Source of the DNA: Fimbriimonas sp.
GTDB lineage: Bacteria; Armatimonadota; Fimbriimonadia; Fimbriimonadales; Fimbriimonadaceae
Direction of reading: 5' to 3'
Assembly (NCBI GenBank): GCA_049317025.1
Contig: JBMOJD010000002.1
Location: 20,926 to 84,925 of the forward strand
DNA length: 64,000 bases
Shown: positions 30,551-40,771 of the stretch, piece by piece
Numbering within the stretch: the stretch's first letter is position 1
Layout: every line of letters begins with the position of its first letter
Notes under the pieces: model-generated
What the model was told of the DNA's origin: nothing
What the model saw: only the letters and a program-made list of their open reading frames with translations
Databases searched by the model: none
Position numbers and translations under genes: made by a program

Positions 30551-33306
30551 TTGCTACTCTTCGGTGGCTTCTTCTTGGCCACCGTCTTCGTGGTCTTCTT
30601 CGCGGTGGTTTTCGTACCGGTCTTTGTCGCGGGCTTCGCGGCGGCCTTAGTAGTTATCTTAGCTGCCGGTCGTCGGCCCCGGGTCGTCTTGGTCTTCGGT
30701 GGCGCGTTCAGATTCGCGAGCCGCTTTGCCGCGAGCAACTCGGCAGCTTGCTCCTCCGTAACGTCATGAGGCAGCAAGTTTTTCGGCAACGTCGCGTGGG
30801 TCTCGCCATCGGAAACGTAGGGACCAAAGCGACCGCTTAGCACCTTAACCGGAGCAACACAGCCTTCCAACTGACCGAATTCCTTGATGGGCGCAGCCGC
30901 AGTTCGCTTCATACCGAACTTAGGCTGGGCCAAAATGGCAAGCGCGGCGGGAACATCTAGCTTCGCGCCAAGACGCCAGTCTTCGACGGTCCGTCGTTCG
31001 AGTCCGGCTTCAACGTAAGCACCAAACTTGCCAAGCTTGAAGAAGATCGTCTCGCCCGACTCGGGGTGAACGCCAATCTCACGGGGAAGACTACACAGAT
31101 AGTCGAGGTCCTCTTGGGGGAAAGTGCGAGGATCTAGACCGGGAGGAACCGAGACCCACGTCGGCTTCAGTTTGGCCTCGATTTCCTCTGGAGTCCGTTC
31201 GACTTCCAGGTAGTAGCCTTGGCGATTCTTCAAGAGCAGCTTGCGTCCAGTCGCGGGGTCGGTCCCGACCGAAGCTGCTCCTTCCGATTTCTGGGCGAAG
31301 AGTTCGAGGGCCTTTTCCAGAGTCAGATCGCCCGGAGCGAGGTCATCCGGTACGTTGGCATAGCGCTTAGCATCACCCTCGCCAACCTGCAAGAAGGCAC
31401 TGCCATCCTTACCATTGCGCACGATGATCAGTTCGCCACTCTCGGGATGGGTCCCAACGAGAAAGACCGGATAGGGAATTTCCTTCTTCCGGGCATCCAC
31501 CATCGACTTCAAGCCCGGCTTGTCATCAATGCCAAGGAAGAACTCGGTGAGATATTCACGCGAAGGTCGCGACCCATCGGCGATGTCGTCCAATACTTCG
31601 TCCATGCGAGCGGTAAAGCCGAGGTCCATGACCTCACTGAAGTTAACCTCCAAGACTTCCATGGCAAGAAAGGCCTTGAAAGTGGGCACAAGTTGCTTGC
31701 CTACCTTGCGAACATAGTCGCGATCGACAATGACCGAGATGATCGAAGCGTAAGTACTTGGACGACCGATGCCCTGCTCTTCAAGCTTCTTGATGAGCGT
31801 GGCTTCCGTGTAGCGCGCGGGCGGCTTCGTTTCGTGGCCATTTGCGTCCACGCTCAGACGCGAAACCTGCTGGCCAAGCTCCATTCGGGGCAAGGTTCGC
31901 TCGTTGCCATCCTGCTCTTCGTCTCGACCTTCGGAATAAAGTCGAAGGAAACCATCAAAGAGAATCTGCTTGCCACTAGCGCCAAAGCGAAGCGTCTTAA
32001 CTGCCTGCACTTCGACATCAACTTCAGTTTTCAGAACCTTCGCTGGCTTCATCTGTGAGGCAACCGTGCGTTGCCAGATCAGCGTGTAAATCTTGAGCTG
32101 ATCCGAGTTGAGGTACTGAGCCACTGAAGATGGGCGTCGGTTAGCATCAGTCGGTCGGATGGCTTCGTGGGCTTCTTGAGCATTGCGGACTTTACTCGTA
32201 TATGTCTGCGCCTTGTCAGGCAAACAATCCGGGTAGTCCTTTCGGATCAGGCCGCGAATGGAATCAAGCGCACTCTCGCTGAGAGTCAAGCTGTCCGTAC
32301 GCATGTAGGTGATAAGACCAACGGTCTCTCCACCAATCGCCACACCTTCATAAAGGCTTTGGGCAATGCGCATGGTGCGATCCGCGCCGTAGCCAAACTT
32401 TCGGTTGGCATCCTGTTGCAGGGTCGTGGTCATGAAGGGCGGTGCCGGCCGCTCAACCCCTTCTTTGGTCTCCAGCCGCGAAACGTTCCAAGGTTCGGCG
32501 ACGCGGGCCGATGCCGCCAATTCCTCGGCCTGTTTCCGATCGAGCAGGATCACCTTGCCGGCCCGCTCGGGCTTGAGGGCGCCGGTCGCGTCATTAAAAT
32601 CGGAGCCGTTGGCAACCGTCACGCCATCGACTGCTTTCAGCATGGCCGGAAACGCGCCATCGCCCGCCTGCAGAATGGCCTTCAGGTCCCAATAGCTCGC
32701 GCCACGGAAGTTTCGGCGCAGAATCTCGCGGTCGACGATGAGCTTTACCGCTGGGCTCTGCACGCGGCCCGCACTCAGGTTTTTGGTCACGCGGGACCAG
32801 AGGACCGGGCTGAGGGTGTAGCCGTACAGACGATCCAAAATCCGGCGAGCCTCTTGGGCTTCCACCAGGTTCATGTCGACCGGGCGCGGGTTGTTGAGCG
32901 CGGCCTTGATTGCTTCTTTCGTGATTTCGTGGAATGCGATGCGCTTGACGTCAACCTTTTTGCCCGGCTTCAAGACTTCGAGAAGGTGCCAGCTGATGGC
33001 CTCACCTTCTCGGTCTTCGTCAGTCGCGAGGACCAGTTCGTCTTTGCCTTTGAGGGCCTCACGGAGCTTTCGCACCTGGGCCATCTTCTCGGGCGGAACC
33101 TCGTAATACGGCTCGAAATCGTTATCGACATCGACGGCGTAGTCGGCCCACCATTTCTTCTTCACATCGTCGGGCAGCCCTTTTGCGTTGGGGAGGAGGT
33201 CCCGGATGTGACCGATCGACGCTTGGACGTCGTAATCCGAGCCCAAGAACCCGCCGATGGTTTTCGCCTTCGCGGGCGATTCGACAATCACCAGTCTCTT
33301 CGCCAT
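30547..33306 (-). CDS. topA: DNA topoisomerase I (type IA) with Cys-less C-terminal repeats and Lys/Thr-rich tail
   Basis: 919 aa. Toprim N-terminus RLVIVESPAKAKTIGGFLG and active-site Tyr region GLITYMRTDS. C-terminal repeats contain GKFGAYV/GRFGPYV and no CxxC. The tail is ...KPATKTGTKTTAKKTTKTVAKKKPPKSSK. Confidence 0.95.
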   Translation of the reverse strand: MAKRLVIVESPAKAKTIGGFLGSDYDVQASIGHIRDLLPNAKGLPDDVKKKWWADYAVDVDNDFEPYYEVPPEKMAQVRKLREALKGKDELVLATDEDREGEAISWHLLEVLKPGKKVDVKRIAFHEITKEAIKAALNNPRPVDMNLVEAQEARRILDRLYGYTLSPVLWSRVTKNLSAGRVQSPAVKLIVDREILRRNFRGASYWDLKAILQAGDGAFPAMLKAVDGVTVANGSDFNDATGALKPERAGKVILLDRKQAEELAASARVAEPWNVSRLETKEGVERPAPPFMTTTLQQDANRKFGYGADRTMRIAQSLYEGVAIGGETVGLITYMRTDSLTLSESALDSIRGLIRKDYPDCLPDKAQTYTSKVRNAQEAHEAIRPTDANRRPSSVAQYLNSDQLKIYTLIWQRTVASQMKPAKVLKTEVDVEVQAVKTLRFGASGKQILFDGFLRLYSEGRDEEQDGNERTLPRMELGQQVSRLSVDANGHETKPPARYTEATLIKKLEEQGIGRPSTYASIISVIVDRDYVRKVGKQLVPTFKAFLAMEVLEVNFSEVMDLGFTARMDEVLDDIADGSRPSREYLTEFFLGIDDKPGLKSMVDARKKEIPYPVFLVGTHPESGELIIVRNGKDGSAFLQVGEGDAKRYANVPDDLAPGDLTLEKALELFAQKSEGAASVGTDPATGRKLLLKNRQGYYLEVERTPEEIEAKLKPTWVSVPPGLDPRTFPQEDLDYLCSLPREIGVHPESGETIFFKLGKFGAYVEAGLERRTVEDWRLGAKLDVPAALAILAQPKFGMKRTAAAPIKEFGQLEGCVAPVKVLSGRFGPYVSDGETHATLPKNLLPHDVTEEQAAELLAAKRLANLNAPPKTKTTRGRRPAAKITTKAAAKPATKTGTKTTAKKTTKTVAKKKPPKSSK

Positions 33307-33508
33307 TTTTATCCTTAACTAATCCAAAGCCAGCCGAAACGGTTGCGCGAAGCACTCTACTTCACCTGCTGCCACCGATTCAAGCCTCTCTCATTGACGC
33401 AGGCCGGGCCGGAAAGATCGCAGAACGGCGCAAATGTTCGCGCGAAGTCCTGGGAAAGCAGTCGTCGTGGTTCATAATCGCCTCGGCCCCGCCGAGATTT
33501 GATCTGCC

Positions 33509-34960
33509 ATGAGTGTGTTTTCCCAACGCGTATCTTCCCACGGCGTCGTGATGCTGAGCGTCCTCGCTCTCAGCGCATCGAGCATCAGCGCTCAAGTCTC
33601 CGAATCCTACCTGGGTCTGTACTTGGGTGGGAACAAGATTGGTTACAGTTCGTACGCCTCGCGCCCAGAAAAATTGGCGGGCAAGGCGACCACGCGGACC
33701 GATAGCCGGACTCTGATGTCCACCGGGCTCCTGGGCACGGCCATGACTCTGCAGATGGATTCTGTCACTTGGACCGATGCCGCGGGCAAGCCAGTGAAGA
33801 TGACGACGCTGATGAAGAGCGGCGGAAGGGCGCAGACCTTTGAAGCCATTTTCGGGGCGACTTCGATCAACATCACGCTCGACAATGCCGGTCAGCGCAC
33901 CACTCGAAAGCTCGCGTTGCCGACCGATGGCCCCGTGGTGGATGACCCCCTCGCGGGCATGGTCGTTTCGAAAACAAAGACAGGCACTACGAGGTCGTTC
34001 TATGTTCTCGACCCGACGACGGTTTCGTTAGTGAAAAACGAGGCCCGCTTCAAGGGGCCGACCACGACGACTGTGAGAGGCAAGAAAGTCCAAGCGAACC
34101 TGGTGGAAGTGATCGACCCTCGTGCTCCGACGCGGGTCTTCCTCGCTGCCAGCGGGGCGATGATCAAGGTCGAGGGTCCGATGGGGATCGAGATGTTTCC
34201 CGAAACCAAGAAGGTCGCGCTGGCGGGGATGAACACGTACAACCCCGGCATGGACTTGGCATTGCTCACCAGCATCAAGTTGAAGGAGCCGATTACAAAC
34301 CCGGAGACGATTTCGAAGTTGACTCTGAAGGTCGTCGGACGGGACCTCTCGACCGCACCGAGCGATGCCTTCCAGACCCTGAAGGGATCGGGAATGGAGT
34401 GGACCATTCAGGTGCATCCACCCGTGGCAAGCGAAGACCCCGCGAAGACCATTACGGAGGCGGGCGAAGGACAGCCCGAGTGGCTGAAAGCAGGCCTCCA
34501 TATCCCGGCCACGAGCCCAGCCATGGTGCGCCTGGCGAAGGAACAGGTTGGCGATGCCGAGGATGTTCGAGTGGCGGCGGATCGAATCCGGAAGCATGTG
34601 AACGGGCTTATGACGCCAAACGCGGGCATCGGCGTCCTTCGTGATGCGACCGAGGTCCTGAAGACTAAAGAGGGCGTCTGCCGCGACTACGCCATCCTGA
34701 CGACCACCTTGCTGCGCGCGGGCGGAATCCCGGCCCGCTTAGTGGCTGGGTTGGTCAACCAAGATGGGGCGTTCTACTACCACGCCTGGGCCGAGTACTG
34801 GAACGGGACCAACTGGATTGGGTGCGACTCCACACAACCGTGGGATCAAATCACGGCGGCACACGTCAAACTCTCGGAGGGCACGGTGGAAAAAGCGTTT
34901 ACCTTTTTGTTCTTAGATAAGGTCAAAGTAGAAGTGGTCTCCATTGAGCGAAAACCATGA
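33509..34960 (+). CDS. Exported transglutaminase-like domain protein
   Basis: 483 aa with a signal peptide. C-terminal Cys-His-Asp core: [37 protein letters not shown]. Confidence 0.75.
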   Translation: MSVFSQRVSSHGVVMLSVLALSASSISAQVSESYLGLYLGGNKIGYSSYASRPEKLAGKATTRTDSRTLMSTGLLGTAMTLQMDSVTWTDAAGKPVKMTTLMKSGGRAQTFEAIFGATSINITLDNAGQRTTRKLALPTDGPVVDDPLAGMVVSKTKTGTTRSFYVLDPTTVSLVKNEARFKGPTTTTVRGKKVQANLVEVIDPRAPTRVFLAASGAMIKVEGPMGIEMFPETKKVALAGMNTYNPGMDLALLTSIKLKEPITNPETISKLTLKVVGRDLSTAPSDAFQTLKGSGMEWTIQVHPPVASEDPAKTITEAGEGQPEWLKAGLHIPATSPAMVRLAKEQVGDAEDVRVAADRIRKHVNGLMTPNAGIGVLRDATEVLKTKEGVCRDYAILTTTLLRAGGIPARLVAGLVNQDGAFYYHAWAEYWNGTNWIGCDSTQPWDQITAAHVKLSEGTVEKAFTFLFLDKVKVEVVSIERKP

Positions 34961-36123
34961 GTCTGCCGAATCCTGAAGCAAAGGCGCCCAAGCATTCGTT
35001 ACGCCACTTCCCGTGGGGAAGACTCTTCGTAATCACCGTCTTCGTTGGGTTGTTTGGCACGGTCTTTGGCAACCTGGCAACTTTCTTGCTCGATGCACTG
35101 TTCAAGTTCATCAACCGCGGTCAGGACAGTTACAACCAGAATCCGATCACCTCGGTCGTGCCGATGGCTTTGCTCGGTGGCATCATTGGTGGTTATATTG
35201 GCAACCGAGTTGGCTCGTGGCTAGAGAGCCTGGTTAGCCTGTGGGACAAGATGGAGGTTGGCGATAAGGTCACCTTCTTCATCGGAATCTTTGCGGGATT
35301 GGTGGCATCGGTTCCGTTCATGGTGCTTTTCCAGACCTTGAGTTTGGACCCCACTTACCGGGTTCTTATCATTCTGGGATTGCTGATTGGCTTTACAACG
35401 CTATCGGTTTTTGCCATCCAGTCGATGGCGGAAGTATTGCCGTGGAATCGGAATACCCGCAGTCGAGGGAAGCGTACGGGCATCAAGCTACTCGACACAA
35501 ATGTGATTATCGATGGTCGCATCTACGACGTAGCCAAAACGGGCTTTCTCGAAGGCAAACTTTACGTGCCCGGCTTTGTGCTCGATGAATTGCAGTACAT
35601 TGCCGATAGCCACGATAGCCTCCGGCGTCAGCGCGGCCGACGTGGCCTTGAAGTCCTGCGCCACATGCAGGCGGATTTCCCGATGGAGGTGCGCGTTTAT
35701 GACCGCTACGCGCCCGACCAGGGTGACGGAGTGGACGCCCGCCTCGTACGATTGGCTAAGGCTATGGGCGGCGATATCCTCACCAACGATTGGAATCTGA
35801 ACCGGGTTGCCAGCCTGCAGGAAGTCAAGGTTCTGAACCTGAACGACCTCGCCCTTTCGATGCGATCCAACATCATGCCCCAGGAGACGATGGAGCTGAC
35901 CCTGATCAAAGAGGGCAGTCAGCCGGGACAGGGTGTGGGATATCTAGAAGATGGCACGATGGTTGTTGTCGAAAACGGCCGGCCCCACATTGGCGATACC
36001 GTCCCAATTGTTGTGAGTCAGGTGATCCAAACTGAGCGTGGAAAAATGCTCTTCGCTGAGGTCGACGGCGAACCCCCCGAACTACCCCGACGACGGCCCT
36101 CGCCCAAACGAAACCAGCTGTGA
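34957..36123 (+). CDS. Membrane-associated PIN/TRAM domain protein (YacL-like)
   Basis: 388 aa. N-terminal TM helices, PIN domain ([13 protein letters not shown]...[11 protein letters not shown]) and C-terminal TRAM-like beta domain. ATGA overlap with the upstream gene. Confidence 0.8.
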   Translation: MSLPNPEAKAPKHSLRHFPWGRLFVITVFVGLFGTVFGNLATFLLDALFKFINRGQDSYNQNPITSVVPMALLGGIIGGYIGNRVGSWLESLVSLWDKMEVGDKVTFFIGIFAGLVASVPFMVLFQTLSLDPTYRVLIILGLLIGFTTLSVFAIQSMAEVLPWNRNTRSRGKRTGIKLLDTNVIIDGRIYDVAKTGFLEGKLYVPGFVLDELQYIADSHDSLRRQRGRRGLEVLRHMQADFPMEVRVYDRYAPDQGDGVDARLVRLAKAMGGDILTNDWNLNRVASLQEVKVLNLNDLALSMRSNIMPQETMELTLIKEGSQPGQGVGYLEDGTMVVVENGRPHIGDTVPIVVSQVIQTERGKMLFAEVDGEPPELPRRRPSPKRNQL

Positions 36124-37241
36124 TTGTTGCCGTCCTTCTGGCCGCGGGACGCGGAGAGCGCTTTGGCGAAGACAAGACCCAGGTTCTTTTGCGGGGCAAA
36201 CCCGTTTGGCGATGGAGCTACGAGACCTATCTGGCTCATCCCAACGTAGATGGCGTCCTCGTCGTTGGGTCGGATTCCAATTTGTCCGCAATCCAGTCCG
36301 CCTCGCCCGAAGCCATCGGCCATGTTCTGGGTGGCGCGACCCGTCAGGAAAGCTGTGCCCGTGCACTCGCTGCACTCCCAGAGGGGGCGGAGATCGTGCT
36401 GGTTCATGATGCGGCGCGCCCGTTTGTTTCGCCTTCCACAATCTCGGATGTGATTCGCGGAGTTCGTGCGGCGGGCGCGGCCGTGCCGGCCGTTCGGGTG
36501 ACGGATACGATTAAGGAAGTCCGCGATGACCGGCTAGTGACGCTCGATCGCTCTCGACTTGTCGCGGTTCAGACGCCCCAAGGTGCCAAGGTTGAACTCT
36601 TACGCCAAGCCCATGCCGAAGCGACCGGTGAGGCCACGGACGAGATGGCCTTGCTCGAAGCCATCGGCGTGCGGCCCGAAGTCGTGCCGGGCGAGTTTAA
36701 GAACTTCAAAATCACCACCCCCGAGGACCTTGGGCGCGCCCGTGCCCTCGTGGGGTCAGGCGAACATCGAACCGGCTTGGGCTACGACATTCACCCTTTC
36801 GCTGATGATGCCGATCGACCGATGTGGCTCGGCGGGGTGCTCTTCGAAGGAGGATTTGGGCTCGTAGGCCATTCGGATGCCGATGCCCTCGCTCACGCGA
36901 TTGTGGACGCCATCCTGGGTGCGGTCGGCCTCGGGGATATCGGGCGGCACTTTTCGAACACCGATCCGCACTGGCACGGAGAGCCGTCTTCCACCTTCTT
37001 GCGCCACGCGGCGAGCTTGGTTCGGGCCGAAGGCTGGGAGATCCAGCACATCGACGCGACCGTGATCGCCGAGAGGCCAAAGATATCGCCCCGAGTTGAG
37101 GAGATGAAAGTGGCGATGGCGGATGGATTGGGCATCCGGCCCGATCAGGTCAGCCTGAAGGCAACGACGAACGAGAAACTCGGCGCTTTGGGCCGAAGCG
37201 AAGGCCTTGCGGCCTTCGCAGTCGCGAACCTTGTCCGCTAA
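36120..37241 (+). CDS. ispDF: Bifunctional 2-C-methyl-D-erythritol 4-phosphate cytidylyltransferase / 2-C-methyl-D-erythritol 2,4-cyclodiphosphate synthase
   Basis: 373 aa. IspD motif [13 protein letters not shown] at the N-terminus. IspF motifs GLGYDIHPF and [11 protein letters not shown] in the C-terminal half. GTGA overlap with the upstream gene. Confidence 0.92.
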   Translation: MIVAVLLAAGRGERFGEDKTQVLLRGKPVWRWSYETYLAHPNVDGVLVVGSDSNLSAIQSASPEAIGHVLGGATRQESCARALAALPEGAEIVLVHDAARPFVSPSTISDVIRGVRAAGAAVPAVRVTDTIKEVRDDRLVTLDRSRLVAVQTPQGAKVELLRQAHAEATGEATDEMALLEAIGVRPEVVPGEFKNFKITTPEDLGRARALVGSGEHRTGLGYDIHPFADDADRPMWLGGVLFEGGFGLVGHSDADALAHAIVDAILGAVGLGDIGRHFSNTDPHWHGEPSSTFLRHAASLVRAEGWEIQHIDATVIAERPKISPRVEEMKVAMADGLGIRPDQVSLKATTNEKLGALGRSEGLAAFAVANLVR

Positions 37242-38282
37242 TTACTTCTTGTTCAGCTCTTCTAGCGACGCAGGAGCCTTGATCTGGCCCGAGATCAACT
37301 TGGCCTTGATGTCGTCCAGCTTCTTCAGTCCGTCCGGCCCGATCTTGTCCTTCGTGTTGCGGAAGTCGGAAAGACCAACGCCGTTTGACTTCAAGTCGTA
37401 CGACTTGACACCCGAGGTGAAGTTGCCATCTTTGACGTCCTTGATGGTCTGATAAACGGCCTCATCCACGCGCTTGATCATCGAAGTCAGAACAAAGCCT
37501 TTGGCAATGTCGTCTTGGTCACTGTCGACGCCGATGGCGAGCTTGCCCGCTTCGCGGGCCGCTGTGATCACACCGATTCCGCAACGTCCGGCGGCATGGT
37601 AGACCACGTCGGCTCCGCCCGCAAACAGAGTCTGCGCCGCGGCCTTCCCGAGGCCGGTGTCATTCCAGTTCTCGGTGTATTTGGAGGGGAGGGCCTCAAC
37701 CTTGGGGTTGGCGGCCTTCGCGCCAGCGATGTATCCGGCCTCGAATTTCTTGATGAGAGGGATCGACATGCCGCCGACAAAGCCGATTTTGTTCGTCTTG
37801 GTTGCCAGGCCCGCCGCGAACCCGGCCAGGAAGCTACCCTCGTTCTCGGCGAACTGTAGTGACCGGACGTTCTCGCCCGCAACATCGCCGTCGATGATCG
37901 CAAACTTGGTCGTGGGGTACTTCGGGGCGACTGCCTTCAGGGCGTTGGCTTGAGTGATGCCAACGGCAAAAATGACGTCGAGTCCCTCGTCAGCAAGCGC
38001 GCTGAGGTTGGTCTCGTAGTCCTTCTCGCTCCGGCTATCCACGGTTTTGGATTCGATCCCGAGGTCTTTGGTTGCCTTCTCGATTCCGGCGTAGGCACTG
38101 TCGTTAAAGGACTTGTCGCCCCTGCCGCCGCTATCAAAAACCACACCGACCTTCAGGCCCTTGGTCGCTTCGGTCTTTGGGGCCTCCGACTTCGTCTGGG
38201 GTTCTGGCGTCGACTTGTCGCCTCCACCCGAGCATCCGATCAGTCCCAACAACGCAATGCCAACAATCCATCCGTGCTTCAA
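37242..38282 (-). CDS. BMP family (PnrA/Med/NupN-like) ABC substrate-binding lipoprotein
   Basis: 346 aa. Lipobox LLGLIGCSGG and family-typical VVFDSGGRGDKSFND and IGFVGGM segments. Confidence 0.88.
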   Translation of the reverse strand: MKHGWIVGIALLGLIGCSGGGDKSTPEPQTKSEAPKTEATKGLKVGVVFDSGGRGDKSFNDSAYAGIEKATKDLGIESKTVDSRSEKDYETNLSALADEGLDVIFAVGITQANALKAVAPKYPTTKFAIIDGDVAGENVRSLQFAENEGSFLAGFAAGLATKTNKIGFVGGMSIPLIKKFEAGYIAGAKAANPKVEALPSKYTENWNDTGLGKAAAQTLFAGGADVVYHAAGRCGIGVITAAREAGKLAIGVDSDQDDIAKGFVLTSMIKRVDEAVYQTIKDVKDGNFTSGVKSYDLKSNGVGLSDFRNTKDKIGPDGLKKLDDIKAKLISGQIKAPASLEELNKK

Positions 38283-38409
38283 GTCTGCCTACCTCCCAGC
38301 GGGCCCCAATGACCGCCCGGCAGTACGCCGCAAGCAGTCGCAGGGTAAACTAGCTTATTATGGCGCGGAGTGAATCACTTCGTGGCCATTCCCAAGGAGT
38401 CCAAATCCG

Positions 38410-39045
38410 TTGATCACCTGTCAACTCACCAAGCTGGAAAGCGCCGTCGACCAAGTTAAGAAAACCCTTCCCAAGTTGTTGCCCGCCGATCAGGCGCTCG
38501 TTGCTTCGGCTCTCACCCTCTCGGGTCGCCACGCAATCGCGCTCTACGAAGGTGGCCGATACCAGTGGCCGGAGGATATCGAAAAGCTGGTCGATGCCAT
38601 GGCGCCCCACGTTCGCCAGGTTCAGGAGGCGATCGACGCCACTGCGCCGAAAAAGGTGAGCAAGAATGCCCCCGAGGAGGAGCCGGTTTTTGTCAGCGTT
38701 GGCTTGATGCCGAACCTGACGGCGGGCGAGAAGCTCCTTTCGGACCGCGACGACCTGAAGAGCGCACTCAGCGACCTCTTCCAGGAGGGCGTTGAGTACA
38801 TCATCGGACCGAACGATGTCGGCTGGCAGTGGGCGCTGGAGCGCACCAACTGGAGCACCATCGCGGGCCAAGACCTCTCGAAGCGGATCAAAGTGAAGGT
38901 GCACTTCAGCGAAGGCGCCATCGGCACCGAAATGGGCAACGCGCCGAAGAAGAAGTCGCGCGCAACCAAGGCTGAGGCAGTCGCGGATATTGAGCCAGAG
39001 GCAGACATCCCGCCCGAGGTTGAGCTTCTAGCCGACGCGGAGTAA
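38410..39045 (+). CDS. Hypothetical cytoplasmic protein with acidic C-terminal tail
   Basis: 211-aa ORF. TTG start preceded by AAGGAG 12 nt upstream. No recognisable domain. Followed by a strong terminator. Confidence 0.45.
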   Translation: MITCQLTKLESAVDQVKKTLPKLLPADQALVASALTLSGRHAIALYEGGRYQWPEDIEKLVDAMAPHVRQVQEAIDATAPKKVSKNAPEEEPVFVSVGLMPNLTAGEKLLSDRDDLKSALSDLFQEGVEYIIGPNDVGWQWALERTNWSTIAGQDLSKRIKVKVHFSEGAIGTEMGNAPKKKSRATKAEAVADIEPEADIPPEVELLADAE

Positions 39046-39056
39046 AGCAAACAAAG

Positions 39057-39086
39057 AAATCCCCTCTCGTTCGCGAGAGGGGATTT
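39057..39086. terminator. Bidirectional intrinsic terminator (13-bp stem, UUCG tetraloop)
   Basis: AAATCCCCTCTCG-TTCG-CGAGAGGGGATTT, flanked by T-rich runs on both strands. Lies between convergent genes ending at 39045 and 39093. Confidence 0.8.
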
Positions 39087-39092
39087 GTTCGT

Positions 39093-39806
39093 TTAGCGAC
39101 CAGCGCCCTTAGTGACTTGCACGGCCTCAAGTTCAAAGATCAGGTCGGCATTGGGGGGAATCACTCCACCGGCACCGCGCTCGCCGTAGCCCAGCGAAGC
39201 GGGAATGGTGACGCGGCGCTTCTCGCCTTGCTTGATGCCCAGAAGGCCCTGGGTGAAGCCAGGGATCACGCGACCGGGGAGGTCGACCGGGAACGGCTGG
39301 CCGCGCTCGTAGCTGCTGTCGAACTGCTTGCCGCCATCCTTAAGGGATCCTTTGTAGTGAACGAGCAAGCTATCGCCGAAGGCCGCCGAGGGCCCCTTGC
39401 CGGGTTTCAGGACGGTGAAGGTCGCGCGCTCGATTTTACGCAGGGTGATCTCGAAAACGAGTGTTGAGTTGGCCGGAATTGAGCCGGTCGCCTGTGCGCC
39501 GTAACCGAGTTCGGCCGGGATCACGAGCTTGCGAGTGCCCCCCACCTTCATGCCGAGCACACCCTTGTCCCAACCCTTGATGACCATGCTCGCGCCGAGC
39601 ATAAACTTGAACGGAGCGCCGCCCGTGCTGGCATCGAACTGGGTGCCATTCGTCAGGGTGCCCTTGTAGTCCATCGTCAGGTAGTCGCCATCAGTAGCAC
39701 CCGGGCCGGTGCCAACTTTAAGGTCCTTGATCTGAAGAGTTTTGGCTTGCACAACTGGGGCGGGGAAGAGCACGGCCGTGGCCGCGAGAATCGACACGAT
39801 CATCAT
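39093..39806 (-). CDS. FKBP-type peptidyl-prolyl cis-trans isomerase, two tandem FKBP domains, exported
   Basis: 237 aa with a signal peptide. Two copies of the Y-x-G-x-L-x-(N/D)G-x-x-FD...(V/I)I(K/P)G(W/F)...P(A/P)xLGYG pattern. Confidence 0.88.
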   Translation of the reverse strand: MMIVSILAATAVLFPAPVVQAKTLQIKDLKVGTGPGATDGDYLTMDYKGTLTNGTQFDASTGGAPFKFMLGASMVIKGWDKGVLGMKVGGTRKLVIPAELGYGAQATGSIPANSTLVFEITLRKIERATFTVLKPGKGPSAAFGDSLLVHYKGSLKDGGKQFDSSYERGQPFPVDLPGRVIPGFTQGLLGIKQGEKRRVTIPASLGYGERGAGGVIPPNADLIFELEAVQVTKGAGR

Positions 39807-39856
39807 CGCCGAAGGCTACCCGCTTTGGGGCATGCGGACAGGACAAAAACTTGCCA

Positions 39857-39862
39857 CATAAT
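39857..39862 (+). promoter_or_regulatory. Candidate -10 box CATAAT, exactly 6 nt upstream of ATG 39869 (leaderless-type arrangement)
   Basis: Sequence cacataat-ggggcc-ATG with no SD. Confidence 0.4.
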
Positions 39863-39868
39863 GGGGCC

Positions 39869-40771
39869 ATGGTTCAGGAAGTTCTCACCGCATGTCGCGT
39901 TGAACTGGATTCGTCCGCGCAAGGTTTCGGCCCTCTGCGAGAAAGCACCGAGTGGCAGGACTATGCTTCCGCCTTGCGCGACCGCCTGGAGGAAGACGGC
40001 TACCTCTTCATCCGTGGCTTCTACAACGAAGGAGAAGTTCTGCGGGCGCGTCGGTCCATCTTGGCCCGCCTTGCCGCCGAGGGGAACATCGACCTGAACT
40101 TTCCCATCGATGACGCGATGGCCATCCCAGACCTGCAAATGGCCTTTCGGCCCGAGTTTGCCAACAAGAACAAGGACGTGGAGGCGTTGCTTTACTCCGA
40201 GAAGGTCATGGAGTTCTACAGTGGCCTCTTTGGCGAGACTGCCCGGCACTACGACTTCACCTGGCTGAGGGCGATGGCACCGGGAGCCAACACCTTCCCC
40301 CACGTTGACCAGGTCTACATGGGTCGGGGAACACCAAACGTGCTGACTTTGTGGACGCCGCTGGGCAATGTGCCGATCCGTTCCGGTGGCCTCATGGTGC
40401 TTGAGAATTCACACAAGGACGATTTCATCACTGGCGCCTACGCGCCCATGGATGTGGATGCCTTCTGCGAAAACAAGCCGGGCGAGCGCCAAACCGAGGC
40501 AGCGGGCTACAAGCATGGGGCGTTTTCGTTTGATCCCCGTGCGGTCCAGACTCGATTCGGCGGTCGATGGCTCAGCGCAGATTATCGGATTGGCGACCTA
40601 CTCACCTTCAAGATCACGCTGATGCATGCCAGCCTCGACAACCATTCAAAAGCCATCCGCCTCTCGACCGATTCTCGCTACCAGCCAGCGAGCCAACCGG
40701 CGGACGAGCGGTGGGTCGGCGAGAATCCTCCCGCCCACGGAGACCGGAGCCACCGCAACCTGATCTGCTAG
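39869..40771 (+). CDS. Phytanoyl-CoA dioxygenase (PhyH) family Fe(II)/2-oxoglutarate oxygenase
   Basis: HxD motif FPHVDQ and distal His LMHASLDN. The track starts at TTG 39851. ATG 39869 (MVQEVL) is preferred because of the -10 hexamer placement. Confidence 0.75.
   Translation: MVQEVLTACRVELDSSAQGFGPLRESTEWQDYASALRDRLEEDGYLFIRGFYNEGEVLRARRSILARLAAEGNIDLNFPIDDAMAIPDLQMAFRPEFANKNKDVEALLYSEKVMEFYSGLFGETARHYDFTWLRAMAPGANTFPHVDQVYMGRGTPNVLTLWTPLGNVPIRSGGLMVLENSHKDDFITGAYAPMDVDAFCENKPGERQTEAAGYKHGAFSFDPRAVQTRFGGRWLSADYRIGDLLTFKITLMHASLDNHSKAIRLSTDSRYQPASQPADERWVGENPPAHGDRSHRNLIC

Noticed and set aside
30553-30720. Apparent low-complexity DNA repeat at the 3' end of topA.
   Set aside because: It is the coding sequence of the Lys/Thr/Ala-rich basic tail of TopA, not a non-coding tandem repeat.
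38283-38409. Possible purine/nucleoside riboswitch upstream of the BMP lipoprotein gene.
   Set aside because: The 127-nt region lacks the conserved purine-riboswitch junction sequences. I could not fold a three-way junction by eye. It looks like an ordinary promoter with a GGGAGG SD.
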